This document shows, one piece after another, positions 49,230-63,059 of a stretch of 64,000 nucleotides of DNA. The position numbers were made by a program, and so were the translations under genes. The DNA is from Mobula hypostoma (Eukaryota). The DNA lies in contig NC_086101.1 of NCBI RefSeq assembly GCF_963921235.1, forward strand, positions 11,224,001 through 11,288,000, given 5' to 3'. Positions within the stretch are counted from its first letter, which is position 1; each line of letters starts with the position of its first letter. Below the pieces are notes generated by a model. That model saw only the letters and a program-made list of their open reading frames with translations. It was not told the origin of the DNA and ran no database searches.

Positions 49230-51433
49230 AGAGGGAGAACCATGATTCCGTATTGCAATGAAATAAAGGGAATTACAGAGGCATCAGAGAGGAGCTTGCC
49301 CATGTTTATTGGAGGAGGATACTGACGGGAATGACAGCAGAGCAGAGATGGCTGAAGTTTCTGGGAATAGTTCACAAGGCACAGGCTAGACATGTCCCAC
49401 AGAGGCTGAAGTTCTCAAATGGCAGGGGTAGGGAACCGTGGCTGACAAAGGAAGTGAAGGAATACATAAAAGCCAAGGAAAGGGCATATAATGTAGCAGA
49501 ACTGAGTTGGAGCTTAGATGATTAGGAAGCTTTTAAAACCCAATAAAAAGAACTAAAAGAGCTATAAGAAGGGAAAAGATTAAATCTGAGGGCAGATTAG
49601 CCGATAATATAAAGCAGGATTCTAAGAGGTTTTCTTTTCAGCTATATCAAGAGTAAAAGGGAGGTAAGAGTTGATATTGGACCACTGGAAAATAATACTG
49701 GTGAGATAGTAATGGGGAGAAAGAAATGACAGATGAACTCAATGCGTACTTTGCATCATCTTCTCTGTGGAAGACACTAGCAGCGTGCCAGAGGTCCGTG
49801 AGTGTTGGGGAACAGGAGTGAGTGCCATTCTGTTGCAAAGGAAAAAGTGCGAGGCAAGCTCAAAGGTCTTCAGGTGGATAATTCACCTGGACCACATGGA
49901 CCACATCCCAGAGTCCTGAGAAAGGTTGCTTAAGAGGTAACAGATGCATTGGCCATGAACTTTCAAGAATCATTTGATTCTGGCCTGGTTGAAGTCTGGA
50001 AAATTGCAAATATCACTCCACTCATTAAGAAGGAAGGAAGGCAAAAGAATGAAAATTATATCCAGTTAGTCTAACCTCAGTTGTTGGGAAAGTGTTGGAG
50101 TCTACTATTAAGGTTGAGATTTCAGGGTACTTGGAGACTAATGATAAAATATGTCAAAAGTCAGCATGGTTTCTGTGAAGGGAAATCATTCCTGACAAAT
50201 CTGTTACAGTTCTTTGAGGAAGTAACAAGCAGGCTGGACAAAGGAGAGGTAGTGGATGTCATTTACTTGGATTTTCAGAAGGTGTTTGATAAGGTGCCAC
50301 ACATGGGGCTGATTAACAAGATAAAATCCTCTGGTGTTGCAGGAAAGATACTGGCATGGATAGCGGAATGGCTGACAGGCAGGAGGCAGCGAATGGGAAT
50401 AAAGGGGGCCTTTTCTGGTTGGCTGCCAGTGACTAGTGGTTTTCTCTGGGGTCAGTATTGGGACCGCTGATTTTCACATTGTCAATGACTTAGAATGGAA
50501 TCGATGGCTTAGTGGCCAAGTCTGTGGATGATACGAAGACAGGTGGAGGGGTAGGTAGTGCCGAGGAAGCAATGCGATTGCAGCAGGACTTAGACAAATT
50601 GGAAGAATGGGTAAAAAGGTGGCAGATGGAATGCATTGTTGGGAAATGTACGAGAATGCATTTCTGGTAAAAGAACAGCAGCACAGACTATTATCTCAAT
50701 GGGGAGAAGTTTCAAATATCAGAGGTGCAGAGGGACTTGGGATTCCTCATACAAGAATCCCAGAAGGTTAATTTACAGGTTGAGTCTGTGGTAAAGAAGG
50801 CAAATGGAACTTTGGCATTTCTTTCAAGGGGAATAGAATGTCATAGCAGGGAAACCATGCTGAGCCTTTATAAGACACTAGCCAGGCCACACTTAGAGTG
50901 CTGTCAACAGTTTTGGGCTCCATATCTCAGAAAGGTTGTGCTGTCATTGGAGAGAGTTCAGAGGAGGTTCAGGAGGATGATTCTGAGGATGAAGGGGTTA
51001 ACATGAGAGCTTGGCAGGTTGGGCCTGTACTCACTGGAATTTAGAAGTATGCAAGGGGATCTCATTGAAACCTACCGAATGTTGAAGGGACCAGATAGGG
51101 TGGATGTGGAGAGAATGTTTCCAATGCACAACATGAGGGCACATTCTCACAATTGAGTGGTGACCCTTTAGATCAGAGGTAAGGAGGACTATTTTTTGAG
51201 CCCGAGTCGTAAGTCTGTGGAATGCTGTGCCACGGACTGTGTTGGAGGCCAAGTTTGTGTGTATATTTAAGGTGGAAATTGATCATTTCCAGATCAGTCG
51301 GGGCATTGAAAAGAATATGGCGAGAAAGCTGGTTTGTGGGATTGAGTGGGATTTGGGATCAGCCGTGTTGGAATGACAGTGCAGACTCAATGGGCTGAAT
51401 GGCCTAATTCTGCTCCAATGTCTTGTGGTCTTA
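49230..51433 (+). mobile_element. Degraded CR1 LINE ORF2 and 3' UTR
   Basis: PWLTKEV, YLDFQKVFDKVPH and RPHLECCQQFW motifs; many indels. Confidence 0.9.
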
Positions 51434-51929
51434 CTGTCAAAAGGAAGAGAAATGCCAGCATTAAATTCCCAATGGCTGATATGAATGAGGAGTATCTGTA
51501 TGATAATGATGAGGGGCTGTGCCGAGATTCACAGAGCAGCATCATTGAGGTAATCTGGCAGTTTGAAAACACTAAGGCAGTGGGTCAGGGTATTAAACTG
51601 ACAGGAGACTGAACTCCAGGCTTACACCTGCAGGAGAAATGGAGGTTTATTGCAATCCTGCAGAGGGTGCTACAGAGTTTAGTTTTCCCAGAGTAGAGAG
51701 CACCACACTGTGAGCACCAAACACAATGCAGATCTCCTCCAGTGACCAGAGCTTAGCACAAATAGACGAAGCTTGTCACAAGAGGGTTTGACTTTTACGC
51801 CAGCTTTGAAATTTGTCTGCAAGTCTACATGAGCTGGTATGCCACTCTAAACCAGGGAGGTGCTGTTCAAAAAGTCCACACAGCACCCTGATGCAATGTG
51901 TGCTGAACATTGAAACGGATCTCCTGCAC

Positions 51930-52730
51930 TTTACCAGCAACTCCGGGTTCTCAGAAACATGAAATGAAAATGAAGGCCTTGTGACACAAGCATAATCACG
52001 CTGTGCTGGAAACCACCAGCAAATGTTCTGTAGGTTTCATCAGTAAAGGCGATGGGGTTGTGGACAAATATCCACACAAAGTGTGCAAAAGGGCACAAGG
52101 CTGTGTTTCTACAAACTACGTGATTGACATCAAACACAACAATGAACTGTTAACAATTAACTGTCTACACAACAGTGATAGAACTTACTTCTACATTGAC
52201 CTGGCATGAAAGTCAGTACGATGCTGAACACTGGGATATCATTGTCACTCGGGCCAGAGCACATATACAAGGAGAGGCTGACCACCTGTCTCTTGCCAAA
52301 ATGCATTCACTACTTGTCACTTATGGACCCAGATTTCCTGTTGTGGAGGAGTTTCATTTCCAGTGAAATGAAGTGCAGAGACAGTAAATGGATGCTGCGT
52401 CTGGTGGGAGTTAAGGGGCAGACTTGTATCACAGGGCAAAACTGGATTAACAAGTTCATACTAAACTCAGAAAAGATATTCAGCTCAGAAAGGTGCTTGG
52501 TGGTGTTTGACCAGATAAACACAAATTTAAAGGATTTCAGTGTGAAGATCCATGTGGAAGTACAAGCTACTCACACCTTCCACAAGACCCAAACTCTTCT
52601 CCAGATCTCAAAAGAAGCAGTTGTGCATGAACTGGGCTGTCTGAAGAGACATGGTATTCTATCCCAAGCTGAACTGTGACTGGGTCGCTCCTGTTTGCAG
52701 TCATTCAAAAGCAGGGTGAAACAGTGATGC
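51930..52730 (+). mobile_element. Highly degraded Gypsy gag-pol (protease/RT-start region)
   Basis: MLNTGISLSL (degenerate DTG), G.NW and EL..L...GIL motifs in ORF 52206-52679. Confidence 0.55.
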
Positions 52731-52734
52731 TGTG

Positions 52735-54190
52735 GGACTAAATTGCTACATGGAACTTGCCCTCAATCTAGATAATTTCTGCTTTGGATCCTCCCGCTTC
52801 CTTCAAACAAAAGGGGTTGCCATGGGCACTCACATGGGTCCCAGCCACACCTGCCTGTTTGTTGGCTACATGGAAGAGTCTATGAGTCCTACACTAGTGA
52901 CCGTCCCGCACTTTTCCTGTGCTACATCAATGACTGTATTGGTGCTGCTTCCTGTACCCGTAATGAACTCGTTGATTTCAAAGTTGCTGGTGAACGCAGC
53001 AGGCCAAGCAGCATCTATAGGAAGAGGTGCAGTCGACGTTTCAGGCCGAGACCCTTCGTCTGAAGGGTCTCGGCCTGAAACGTCGACTGCACCTCTTCCT
53101 ATAGATGCTGCTTGGCCTGCTGCGTTCACCAGTAACTTTGATGTGTGTTGCTTGAATTTCCAGCATCTGCAGAATTCCTGTTGTTTTCGTTGATTTCATC
53201 CACTTTGCCTCCAACTTCCACCCAGCCCTCAAATTCACCTGGTCCATTTCTGACACTTCTCTTCCTTTTCTCGATCTCACTGTCTATATCTCCAGAGACA
53301 GCTCATCCACCGATATCTATTATAAACCAACAGATTCTCACAGCTACCTGGACTATACCTCCTCCCAGCCTGCTACTTGTAAAAATGCCATTCCTTTCTC
53401 TGAACTCCTCCGTCTCCACCGCATCTGCTCTCAGGATGAGGCTTTTCATTCTAGAACGAAGGAGATGTCCTACTTTTTCAAAGAAAGGGGGTTCCCTTCA
53501 TCAGCCATCAACGCTGCCCTCAACCACATCTCTTCCATTTTATGCATTTCCACTCCTACCCCATCGTCCCACCACACAACTAGGGATAGGGTTTCTCTTG
53601 TCCTCACCTACCACCCCACCAGCTTCCACATCCAGCACATAATTCTCCAAAACTTCCACCATGTCCAACTGGATCCCACTACCAAACACCTCTTTCCCTC
53701 CCCCCAACGTTCAGCTTTCCACAGGGATCGCTCCCTACACGACTCCCTTGTCCATTCGTCCCTCCCCACTGAGCTCCCTCCTGTCACTTATCCTTTCAAG
53801 TTGACCAAGTGCTTCACCCACCCCTACACCTCCTCCCTCACTACCATTCAGGGCCCCAAACAGTCCTTCCAGGTGAGGCAACACTTCACCTGTGAGTCTG
53901 TTGGGGACATATACTGTATTGGGTGCTCCAAGAGTGACCTCTTGTATATCGGTGAGATCTGACGTAGATTGGGAGACTGCTTCGCTGAGCACCTATGCCC
54001 CATCTGCCAGAACAAGCAGGATCTCCCAGTGGCCACCCATTTTAATTCCACCTCCCACTCCCATTCCGATATGTCCATCCGTGGCCTCCTCCTCTGTCGT
54101 GATGAGACCACACTTAGGTTGGAGGAGGAACACCTTGTGTAGCCTCCAACCTGATGGCATGAACATCGATTTCTCCAACTTCCAGTAATG
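52735..54190 (+). mobile_element. Penelope-like element (RT and GIY-YIG), frameshifted
   Basis: QTKGVAMGTHMGP, IYYKPTDSHSYLDY, VLTYHP and IYCIGC...LYIGE motifs. Confidence 0.92.
52978..53186. repeat. Palindromic Penelope-terminal-repeat insertion
   Basis: Arms 52978-53057 and 53062-53141 (80 bp, 1 mismatch, 4-nt loop); 12-bp TSD tcgttgatttca. Confidence 0.93.
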
Positions 54191-54669
54191 CCTCTATTAC
54201 CACCCCCCCCCCCCACCATTTTTTTGAATTATTTATCTTTCCTCATTAACGTGTCAACCTTCATGTAACCATTTCAGGAGTCAGCCTGACCAGAGGCCAG
54301 ATAGAATTGGTCTCCTGCTTTGCTGAAAAGCATTAACTTTTACAGGTGACTGGTACAATGCAGTTCAGAGACGTGTTGCTGAGGCCGTATAAATGCAGAT
54401 TGCTCATCTGCTGTGTAAAATCAGCCAGGAAGAATCAGATTCAGATTCACCTATTTATCACCTATACATCTGTGATGAAAGATTTAAATGTGATTCTTCC
54501 TTGAGTATATGTTAACATCCATATCACCAATAAGACAAAACTGTGTTAGCCTGGGATGTGAGAATGTGTTGGAAAGTACAAAGGAACCAGCTCACAGCCA
54601 TGTTCCACGAACTTTGTGTGAGTACCAGTGCATTGCCTTGAGAGCAGAAAATGCTGAAAGATACGTTTA

Positions 54670-54970
54670 GATAGATAGATAGATACACTTTATTAATCCT
54701 GAGGGAAATTTGGTTTCATTACAGCCGCACCAACCAAGAATAGAGCATAAATATAGCAATACAAAAAACCCCAACAATCGAACACCAAAATGCAAACTAT
54801 GCCAGATGGAAAATAAGTCCAGGACCAGCCTATTGGCTCAGGGTTTCTGACCCTCCACGGGAGGAGCTGCACGTTCGATGGCCACAGGCAGGAGCGACCT
54901 CCCGTGCCGCCAAGTGTTGTACCACGGTGGAATGTGGCTGAAGTCCAACAGTAAAAAGTTCAATATCCAA
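54670..54970 (-). mobile_element. Rex1/Babar-type 3' end
   Basis: Reverse complement resembles 12400-12640; (AGAT)n tail. Confidence 0.8.
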
Positions 54971-55679
54971 TTTCCCAATTTGTCTGGGAAAGTACGAGGG
55001 AAAATGTTGTGATAGACGTTTGAAGGGATCTGAAAGGATATTAAACAACAACAAGTGGGAACTTTCTCCCAAGCTGAGCCATGACCCATGCTAAGAGTCA
55101 GGGATAGAGACAAGGACAGAGATAGAGAGAAGGAAAGAGAGGCGGACACTGAGGGAAAGCTGTCGAGCATCTTTGGTTCCCTCTGACAGTGTGTTGTGTA
55201 GCACGGTTTAGTGATTGGTTGATAAGTATTAATTTGTCCCTTGTACTGCTTTATTAACCATTATTTCTTTCTGTATTTTATTCTTTATATCTCAAATAAA
55301 GTAATTTTCTCTCACCTTTAACATCTGTACAGTACCTCCTCTGTTTGCGGATACCTCTCGCTGCTGATTCAGAAAAGAGCAACAAACAAATATTTAAATG
55401 TTTTTATTGCACAATTGACATCATCAGCAGGAGTCAGCATAACGGGGGCTATGTTTCACATACCACAGGATGGACCACAGGTGGGGTGCAGTCTGGGGTA
55501 CCAGGTGCATGGGCAACACCCATGGTATTGGAGCAATGGCCAAAATATTGTTCGTGTCTTGCCCTCCACGTGCCAGAGAATCGAGATGGAGAGCAGGAGT
55601 AGTTACGTCCAGACTATGGAGCCACTCTGTTAAGCAACTTTGAGCTTCCCAATCCAGAGGAGAGTAAGGGTAGAAACTC

Positions 55680-56375
55680 AATTGAATTGAATTGAATTGA
55701 ATATATTTCTCACGTCCTTCTCGTACATGAGGAATAATAATCTTTATGTTACGTCTCCAACTAAATGTGCAATTATAGTAATGTATAATAATCAATAATA
55801 AATAGAACAGTCAATGTAATATAGAGTACACTCAAATCAGCATGAGTTCATTAATCTGATGGCCTGGTGGAAGAAGCTGTCCTGGAGCCTGTCGGTCCTG
55901 GCTTTTATGCTGCAGTACCACTTCCCGGATGCTAGCAGCTGGAATAGATTGTGGTTGGAATAACATGGATCCCCAATGATCTTACAGGCCCTTTTCAGAT
56001 ACCTGTCCTTGCAAATGTCCTGAATCATGGGAAGTTCACAACTACAGATGTGCTGGGCTGTCCGCACCACTCTCTGCAGAGTCCTGCGATTAAGGGAGAT
56101 GCAGCCAGTCAGGATGATCTTAATTGTGTCCCTGTAGAAAGTTCTTAGGATTTGGGGGCCCATACCAAACTTCTTCAACCATCTGAGATGAAAGAGGTGC
56201 TGTTGTGCCTTATTCACCACACAGCTGGTGTGTACAGACCACGAGAGATCCTCGGTGATGTGGATGCCAAGGAACTTGAAGCTGTTTACCCTCTCAATCC
56301 CAGACCCAGTGATGTCAATAGGGGTTAGCCCATCTCTGTTCCTCCTGTAATCCACAACCAGCTCCTTTGTTTTTC
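55680..56375 (-). mobile_element. Rex1/Babar-type 3' fragment
   Basis: ORF 55837-56355 has VDYRR, FKFLGIHI and DSFFHQAIRLMN; (aattg)n tail. Confidence 0.9.
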
Positions 56376-56429
56376 CTGAAATGTCATGCGATGGAAAAAG
56401 ACATATGACGTGTTGGGCAGCAGATCATG

Positions 56430-57770
56430 TTCAGACAGCATGCCGGAAAGATTAGCGCCCTGGTACACTCACCTCAACTATAAGCAAATGTTTTGAGAGG
56501 CCGGTTAAAGACTACATCCACAGCCTGCTACCACCCACACTGGACCCCTACAATTTGCCTACCAACTGAACCGGTCTCCTGATAATGCCATAGCAACAGC
56601 ACTACGCACCATCTTCACTCACACGGAGAAGAGGGATGCATACGTTAGAATGCTGTTCCTGGACTACAGTTCAGCATTCGACTCCACAATCCCCTCCAGA
56701 TTTGACAGGAAGCTCAGAGACCTCGGCCTGCACCCCACCTTGTGCAGCTGGATACTTGACTTCCTATCGAATTGCCAACTGTTGGAAAGGACCGGCTCCC
56801 TAACCTCTGTCCCTTTGACTCTCAACACAGGTGCCCCCTAGGGTTGTGTCCTGAGTCCCCTCCTCTGCTTCCTTTACACCCACGACTGTACTGCCACACA
56901 CAGCTCCAGTCTGCTGATCAAATTCGCAGATGACACAACTTGGATAAGCCTTATTGGTGATAAGGCAGTCTACAGCGGAGAGGTTGACACCTGACACAGT
57001 GGTGCCAGAGTAACAACCTCTCCCTCAATGTCCAAAAAAACAAAGGATTTGATTGTTGATTACAGGAGGAACAGACACAGGCTCGGTCTGATCAACATTA
57101 ATGGGTCTGCAGATGAGACGGTGAGTAGTTTCAAGTTCCTCGGTGTTCATATCACCAATGATCTCACCTGGACTGCACACACCGGCTTTGTGGCAAAAAA
57201 GCACAACAGCATCTCTTCCACCTCAGGTAACTGAAGAAGTTCGGCATGGGCCTCCAAATCCTCAGGACTTTCTACAGGGGCACCATAGAGAGTATCCTGA
57301 CTGGCTGTATCACCACCTGGTAAGGGATGTAATCACCATAGCGAAGTTGCAATTCTGGATTAAACTTGAATCAATGAAGGGTACTCGACAGTTGTGGCAG
57401 GGCTTGAATACTGTCACCTCTTATAAAATTAAACCAGGTGACATAGGTGGCAACAGAGCTTTGCTTCCAAATGAGCTCAAAGCCTTCCGTGCTCATGATC
57501 AAAACGTGGAGAAAACATCACAAATTCTCACAGCCCCAATGATCCTGTGATTTCGGTCTCTGCAGCCGACATGCAATCAACCTTCAGGAGGATGAACCCA
57601 TGTAAAACATCTCACCCAGATGGTTACCTGGCCAATTACTAAAGACCTGGATTGATAAACTGGCTGGAGTAGTCACTGAGGTCTTTACCCTCTCATTTTG
57701 GCAGTCTGCTTGAAGCAGCCTTCAGTTATACCAGTGTCTAAGAAGAACATAGTAACTTGCCTCAATGACT
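56430..57770 (+). mobile_element. Rex1/Babar-type RT fragments (two rearranged pieces)
   Basis: MLFLDYSSAF, KFADD, KTKDLIVDYRR and LWQGLNTVT motifs. Confidence 0.85.
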
Positions 57771-57774
57771 AAGG

Positions 57775-60317
57775 GTACATGTCACCCAGAGCGGATGAAT
57801 CGCACCCTAGGGTTCTTAAAAAGGTAGCGTTAGAGACTGCGGAGGCATTAGCAATGATCTTTCAAAAATAATTTGACCCTGCATGATGCCAGAGGACTGT
57901 AAAATTGCAAATACCACTCTCCTCTTTGAGAAAGGAGGAAGGCAGCAGGAAGGAAATTACAGAATCAGAATCATGTTTATTATCACCGACATGTTTCGTG
58001 AAATTTGTTAACTTAGCAGAAGCAATTCAATGCAATATATAATATAGAAGAAAAAGAACAATAATAAATAAATAAATAAAAATGTGCTTATACATGTATT
58101 GAATAGATTAAAATCGTGCATAAAAGCAGAAATAATGTATAGTAAAAAAGTGAGGTAGTGTTCATGGGTTTAATGTTTGTTTAGGAAACAGATGGCAGAG
58201 GGGAAGAAGCTGTTCCTGAATCACTGAGTGTGTGCCTTTAGGCTTCTGTACCTCCTACTTGATGGAAAACGTGAGAAAAGGACCAGTTAGCCTGATCTCA
58301 GTGGTTGAGAAGATGTTGGTTTCAATTGTTAAGGCAGAGTACAAAGTAAATGGCAGGATACTTGGTAGTGTGGAGGAGCAGAGGGATCTCGGGGTACATG
58401 TCCACAGATCCCTGAAAGTTGCCTCACAGGTGGATAGGGTAGTTAAGAAAGCTTATGGGGTGTTAGCTTTCATAAGTCGAGGGATAGAGTTTAAGAGTCA
58501 CGATGTAATGATGCAGCTCTATAAAACTCTGGTCAGGCCACACTTGGAGTACTGTGTCCAGTTCTGGTCACCTCACTATAGGAAGGATGTGGAAGCATTG
58601 GAAAGGGTACAGAGGAGATTTACCAGGATGCTGCCTAGTTTAGAGAGTATGCATTATGATCAGAGATTAAGGGAGCTAGGGCTTTACTCTTTGGAGAGGA
58701 GGAGGATGAGAGGAGACATGATAGAGGTGTACAAGATAATAAGAGGAATAGATAGAGTGGATAGCCAGTGCCTCTTCCCCAGGGCACCACTGCTCAATAC
58801 AAGAGGACATGGCTTTAACGTAAGGGGTGGGAAGTTCAAGGGGGATATTAGAGGAAGGTTTTTCACTCAGAGAGTGGTTGGTGCGTGGAATGCACTGCCT
58901 GAGTCAGTGGTGGAGGCAGATACACTAGTGAGGTTTAAGAGACTACTAGACAGGTATATGGAGAAATTTAAGATGGGGGCTTATATGGGAGGCATAGTTT
59001 GAGGGTCAGCATAACATTGTGGGCTGAAGGGCCTGTACTGTGCTGTACTATGCTATGTTCTATGTTCTATGAGGTTATGGAGTACTTGGTGACACAGGAC
59101 AAGATAGAACAAAGTCAGCATGGTTTGCTTAAGATAAAATCTTTCCCGGTGAACCTGTTGGAATTCTTTGAGGCGATTACAAGTAGGATAGATAAAAGGG
59201 ATGTTGCATATTTGGACTTTCAGAAGGCCTTTGACAAAGTGCCACACATGAGGCTGCTTACCAAATTAAGAGCCCAGGGTATTACTGAACAGTTACTAAC
59301 ATGGTTAGAGCACTGGCTGGCTGCCAGTGACTAGTAGTGTTCTGCATGGGTCAGTGTTGGGACCGCTTCTTTTATGCTGCATATCAATGATTTTGATGAT
59401 GGAATAGATGGCTCTGTTGCCATGTTTGCAGATGTTAGGATGCCTGGTAGAGTGGCTGGTAGTGTTGAAGAAACAGGTGGGATGCAGAAGGACATACAGA
59501 TTAGGAGAATGGGCAAGAAAGTGGCAAATGAAATACGATGTTGGAAAATGCTTGGTCATGCACTTTTGTAGTAGAAATAAATGTGCTGATTATTTTCTAA
59601 AGAGGGAGAATTTCCTAAAATCTGAAATGCAAAGGGTCTTGGGCGTCCTTGTACGGAATACCCGAAAGGTTAACTTGCAGGTTGAGTCAGTGGTGAGGAA
59701 GGCAAATGCAATGTTAGCATTCATTTCAAGAAGCCCAGAATACAAGCGCAAGAATGTGGTGCTGATGCACTGGTGAGGCCTCACCTTGAGTATTGTGAAC
59801 AGTTTTGGGCTCCTCATGTACAAAAAATTGTGCTGTCATTGGAGAGGTCTGGAGGAGATGCACAAGGGTTATCACATGAAGAACGTTTGATAGTCCTGGG
59901 TCTGTACTCACTGGAATTTAGAAGGATGAAGGGGGATCTCATTGGAGCCTTTCAAAGGTTGAAAGGCTGAGACAGAGCAGATGTGGAAAGGATATTTCCC
60001 CAGGTGGGGGAGTCTAGGACAAGAGGACACAGACTCAAGATAGAGGGGAGTCCATTTAAAATGGAGATACAAAGAAATTTATTTTGCCAGAGGGTGGTGA
60101 ATTTGAGGAATTTGTTTCCACATGCATCTGTGGAGGCCAGGTTATTGGGTGTATTTAAGGCAGAGATTGATAGGTCCTTGGTTGGACATGGCGTCAAAAG
60201 CTACGGGAAGGAGGCTGGGGAATGGGGTTGAGAAAGGGAAAAGGGATCAGGTATGATTGAATGGTGGAGCAAACTTGATGGGCCAAATGGCCTAATTCTG
60301 CTCCTATGTCTTATGAC
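57775..60317 (+). mobile_element. Old CR1 RT and 3' end, interrupted by a Rex-type tail (about 57960-58280, minus) and a young CR1
   Basis: HPRVLK, SQHG, YLDFQKAFDKVPH and RPHLEYC motifs; CR1 3' stem-loop near 60280-60315. Confidence 0.88.
58331..59070 (+). mobile_element. Young 5'-truncated CR1 nested in an older CR1
   Basis: Nearly identical to 2246-2979; frame open to the stop at 59002; tail ctatgttctatgttctat. Confidence 0.95.
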
Positions 60318-61240
60318 TGTGAGGGGTTTCTTCTTTTAAGTTACTGCATAGGCTAATTAAAATGGCTTCTTTGTTACGTTATAATTAAAATGGCTTCTTT
60401 GTTATGTTAACTGCTGAGAAAGTTCTCTCGCTAGCAGCTTGTTTGGGTTATATTATTGATAACAGAGTGAACGAACCAATTGGGATAGATGTTATTCTTT
60501 CTACTGTGTCTGTAAGTTATTGTGATGTGCGGGTTTTTGGGCAGAAGGTCTTGGAAGAGAGAGAGAATGGACAAACTGCTGTGAGCTGGCTAATGGGGTC
60601 GGACCCCGAGCAGGAGTCCAAGGTCCAGGGTCTTCGGCAAGGAGAGGAGACGGAGACAGACTTGTGTGGAGCGCCAGGTCAACCACCGTGGTTGGTCGCA
60701 GGTGGCAGGTCGAGGTGGTCAGAGGGGATCGAATGGTGAAGAGAGGCTCATTACGAGAGCTTCAACTGTTGTGCACGAAGAGATTGAACTTTGATAAGTG
60801 TGGCGCCTTTTATTTTCCTTTAATATTTTATCTCTATTAACTATATAGTTCCAGTAATATCTATAAACTGTAATTCATTTAATCATAGATGGTGTATTGT
60901 CTGTTATTTGGCGGGGTGGGGTACATCACACAGCATCCACACAAACCTAGTTACCCAGTTTGGCAGAGCCGAGGGCTGTTTCCCCAGAAGACAGCGAGTT
61001 GAGCGACACTGAGGCTTGCCTGGGGGGGGGCGCTATATTTAGGGGCTTTTGTCTGGGGTTGGATTCAGTGGTGTGCTACGTGGTTGCCCTGTTTAAGTCA
61101 GTAATGTGTGTCTCTGTGGATTATTTGCTGGTTATTGCTGCATGCGTGTTGGGTGAGGTCTTTGTTCGAGTTCAGACTAGTGCTGACGAGTTGGTTGTGG
61201 GAGTCGGGGCTGGCCATCCTGTTGGGAGAGAGAGGAAAAA
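60318..61240 (+). mobile_element. LTR (about 60318-61037) plus start of an internal region, truncated
   Basis: TGTGAGGGG...gctata (CA decayed to TA), followed by a degenerate tRNA-Pro-like PBS (ttaggggcttttgtctgggg); no TSD found. Confidence 0.55.
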
Positions 61241-61399
61241 GTGGTCTGATTCGGAGGTAATGGGGAATGGGGTTGAGGAGGGGAAAAAAGGATCGGCCAT
61301 GATTAAATGGTGGAGCAGACTCAATGGGCCAAATGGCCTAAATCTGCTCCTATGTCTTATGGTCTTTTGACTATCATCCAGTTGCACTGACATTCACAG

Positions 61400-62700
61400 T
61401 GAAGAGACGTTTTGAAAGGTTTGTCATGAAATATAACCTGCCTGAGAAGTGAATTGTGTCCACTACAGTTTGTCTACCAGAGCAAAAGGTCCACAGCAGA
61501 TTCCATCTCATTGTCTCTCCACTTAACCTTGGAACATCTGGACAGCAAAAATGAGATCCCCCTTCATCCTTCTAAAGGTGCATACATCAAAATGCTCTTT
61601 ATTGACTGCAGCTCAGCATTAAATACCAATTTCCCCTCAAAACTAATCAGCGAGCTTCAAGACCTAGCTCTCATTTCCTCCTTCTGCAGTTGGAGCCTCA
61701 ACTTCCTCAATTACAGACCAGTCAGTACGGATTGGCAACAACATCTCCTTTGTGATCTCCATCAGCACAGTTGCACCACAATGCTGTGTGCTCAGCTTTC
61801 TAGTCTACTCACTTTACAATGTGTGGCTAAGCTCAGCTCCAACGTCACATTAAAGTTTGCTGATGACATCACTGTCATACGTTGAATCAAAGGTGATAAT
61901 GAATCAACATATAAGAGGGAGTTTGACTACCTGGCTGAGTGCTACCAGAACAACAACCTCTCACACAATGTCAGCAAGACCAAAGAGCTGATTCTTGACT
62001 TTAGGAGGTGTAAACCAGAGGTTCATGAGCCAGTCCTCATCAGTGGATCAGAAGTGGAAAGGGTCAGCAATTTCCTCAGTACTGTATTATTATTTTTGAG
62101 GATCTGTCCTTGGCCCAGTATGCAAGTTCAGTTACAAAGAAAACACTGCAGTGCCTCTAATTCCTCAGGAGTTTATGAAGATTTGTATGACATCTACAAC
62201 TTTGACAAACTTCTATTGTGCTAGAGGAGAGTATATTCACTGGCTGCATCAGAGCCTGGTATGGAAACACCAATACCCTTAAATAGAAAACCCTACAAAA
62301 CGCAGTTGATACAGCCCAGTAAGGCAGAGGTAAGTCCTCCCCACCAGTGTGCGTATCTACACGAAGCATTATCGCAGGAAAGCAGGATTCATCATCATGG
62401 ACCTCCACCACCCAGGTCCTGCCCACTTCTTGCTGCTTCCATCAGGAATAAGGTACAGGAGCCTCAGGACTCACACCACCAGGCTGAGGATCAATTACCA
62501 TCCCTCAACCATCAGGCTCCCGAACCAAAGTGAATAACTTCATTTGCCCCATCTTTGAAATGTCCCTACAACCTATGGATCACCCTCAAGGACTCTTCAT
62601 CTCATGTTCTCAATATTTGTCACTTACTTATTATTATTCATTTATTTTTATTTGCACAGTTTATACACTGGTTGAATGCCAAAGTTGGTGCAGTTGCTCA
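61400..62700 (+). mobile_element. Degraded Rex1/Babar-type RT and 3' end
   Basis: PLQFVYQSKRSTAD, MLFIDCSSALNT, KFADD and LLPSGIRYRSLRT motifs. Confidence 0.85.
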
Positions 62701-62724
62701 TTGATTCTCTATGGTTATTTATTT

Positions 62725-63005
62725 ATTTAAAAATTTATTGAGATACAGCGCAGAATAGGCCCTTCTGGCCCTTTGAGCCACATTGACCAGCAGCAAACTA
62801 ACAACTGCTCCAATTTAATCCTAGCAAAATCATGGTACAATTTACAATGTCCAATTAAACTACCAACTGGTCTGTCTTTGGACTGTGGGTGGAAACCAGA
62901 GTACCCAGAGAAAACCCACTCGGTCACGGGGAGAACATACAAACTCCTTGCATCCGGGTAGCCTGTACTGTAAAGCGTTGTGCTAACCACGATGCTAATG
63001 TACCT
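62725..63005 (-). mobile_element. V-SINE (HE1-like) with a CR1-like tail
   Basis: Minus strand gtttgtatgttctccccgtgaccgagtgggttttctctgggtactctggtttccacccacagtccaaagac; ends aagggcctattctgcgctgtatctcaataaa. Confidence 0.7.
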
Positions 63006-63059
63006 AAGATGGATTTATTGAGCATGCCTGCAAGAAAATGAAACTCAGGTTTGCATATC

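Noticed and set aside
54471..55384. Possible solo LTR around the Rex tail
   Set aside because: TG/CA ends and an AATAAA are present, but I found no TSD or second copy.
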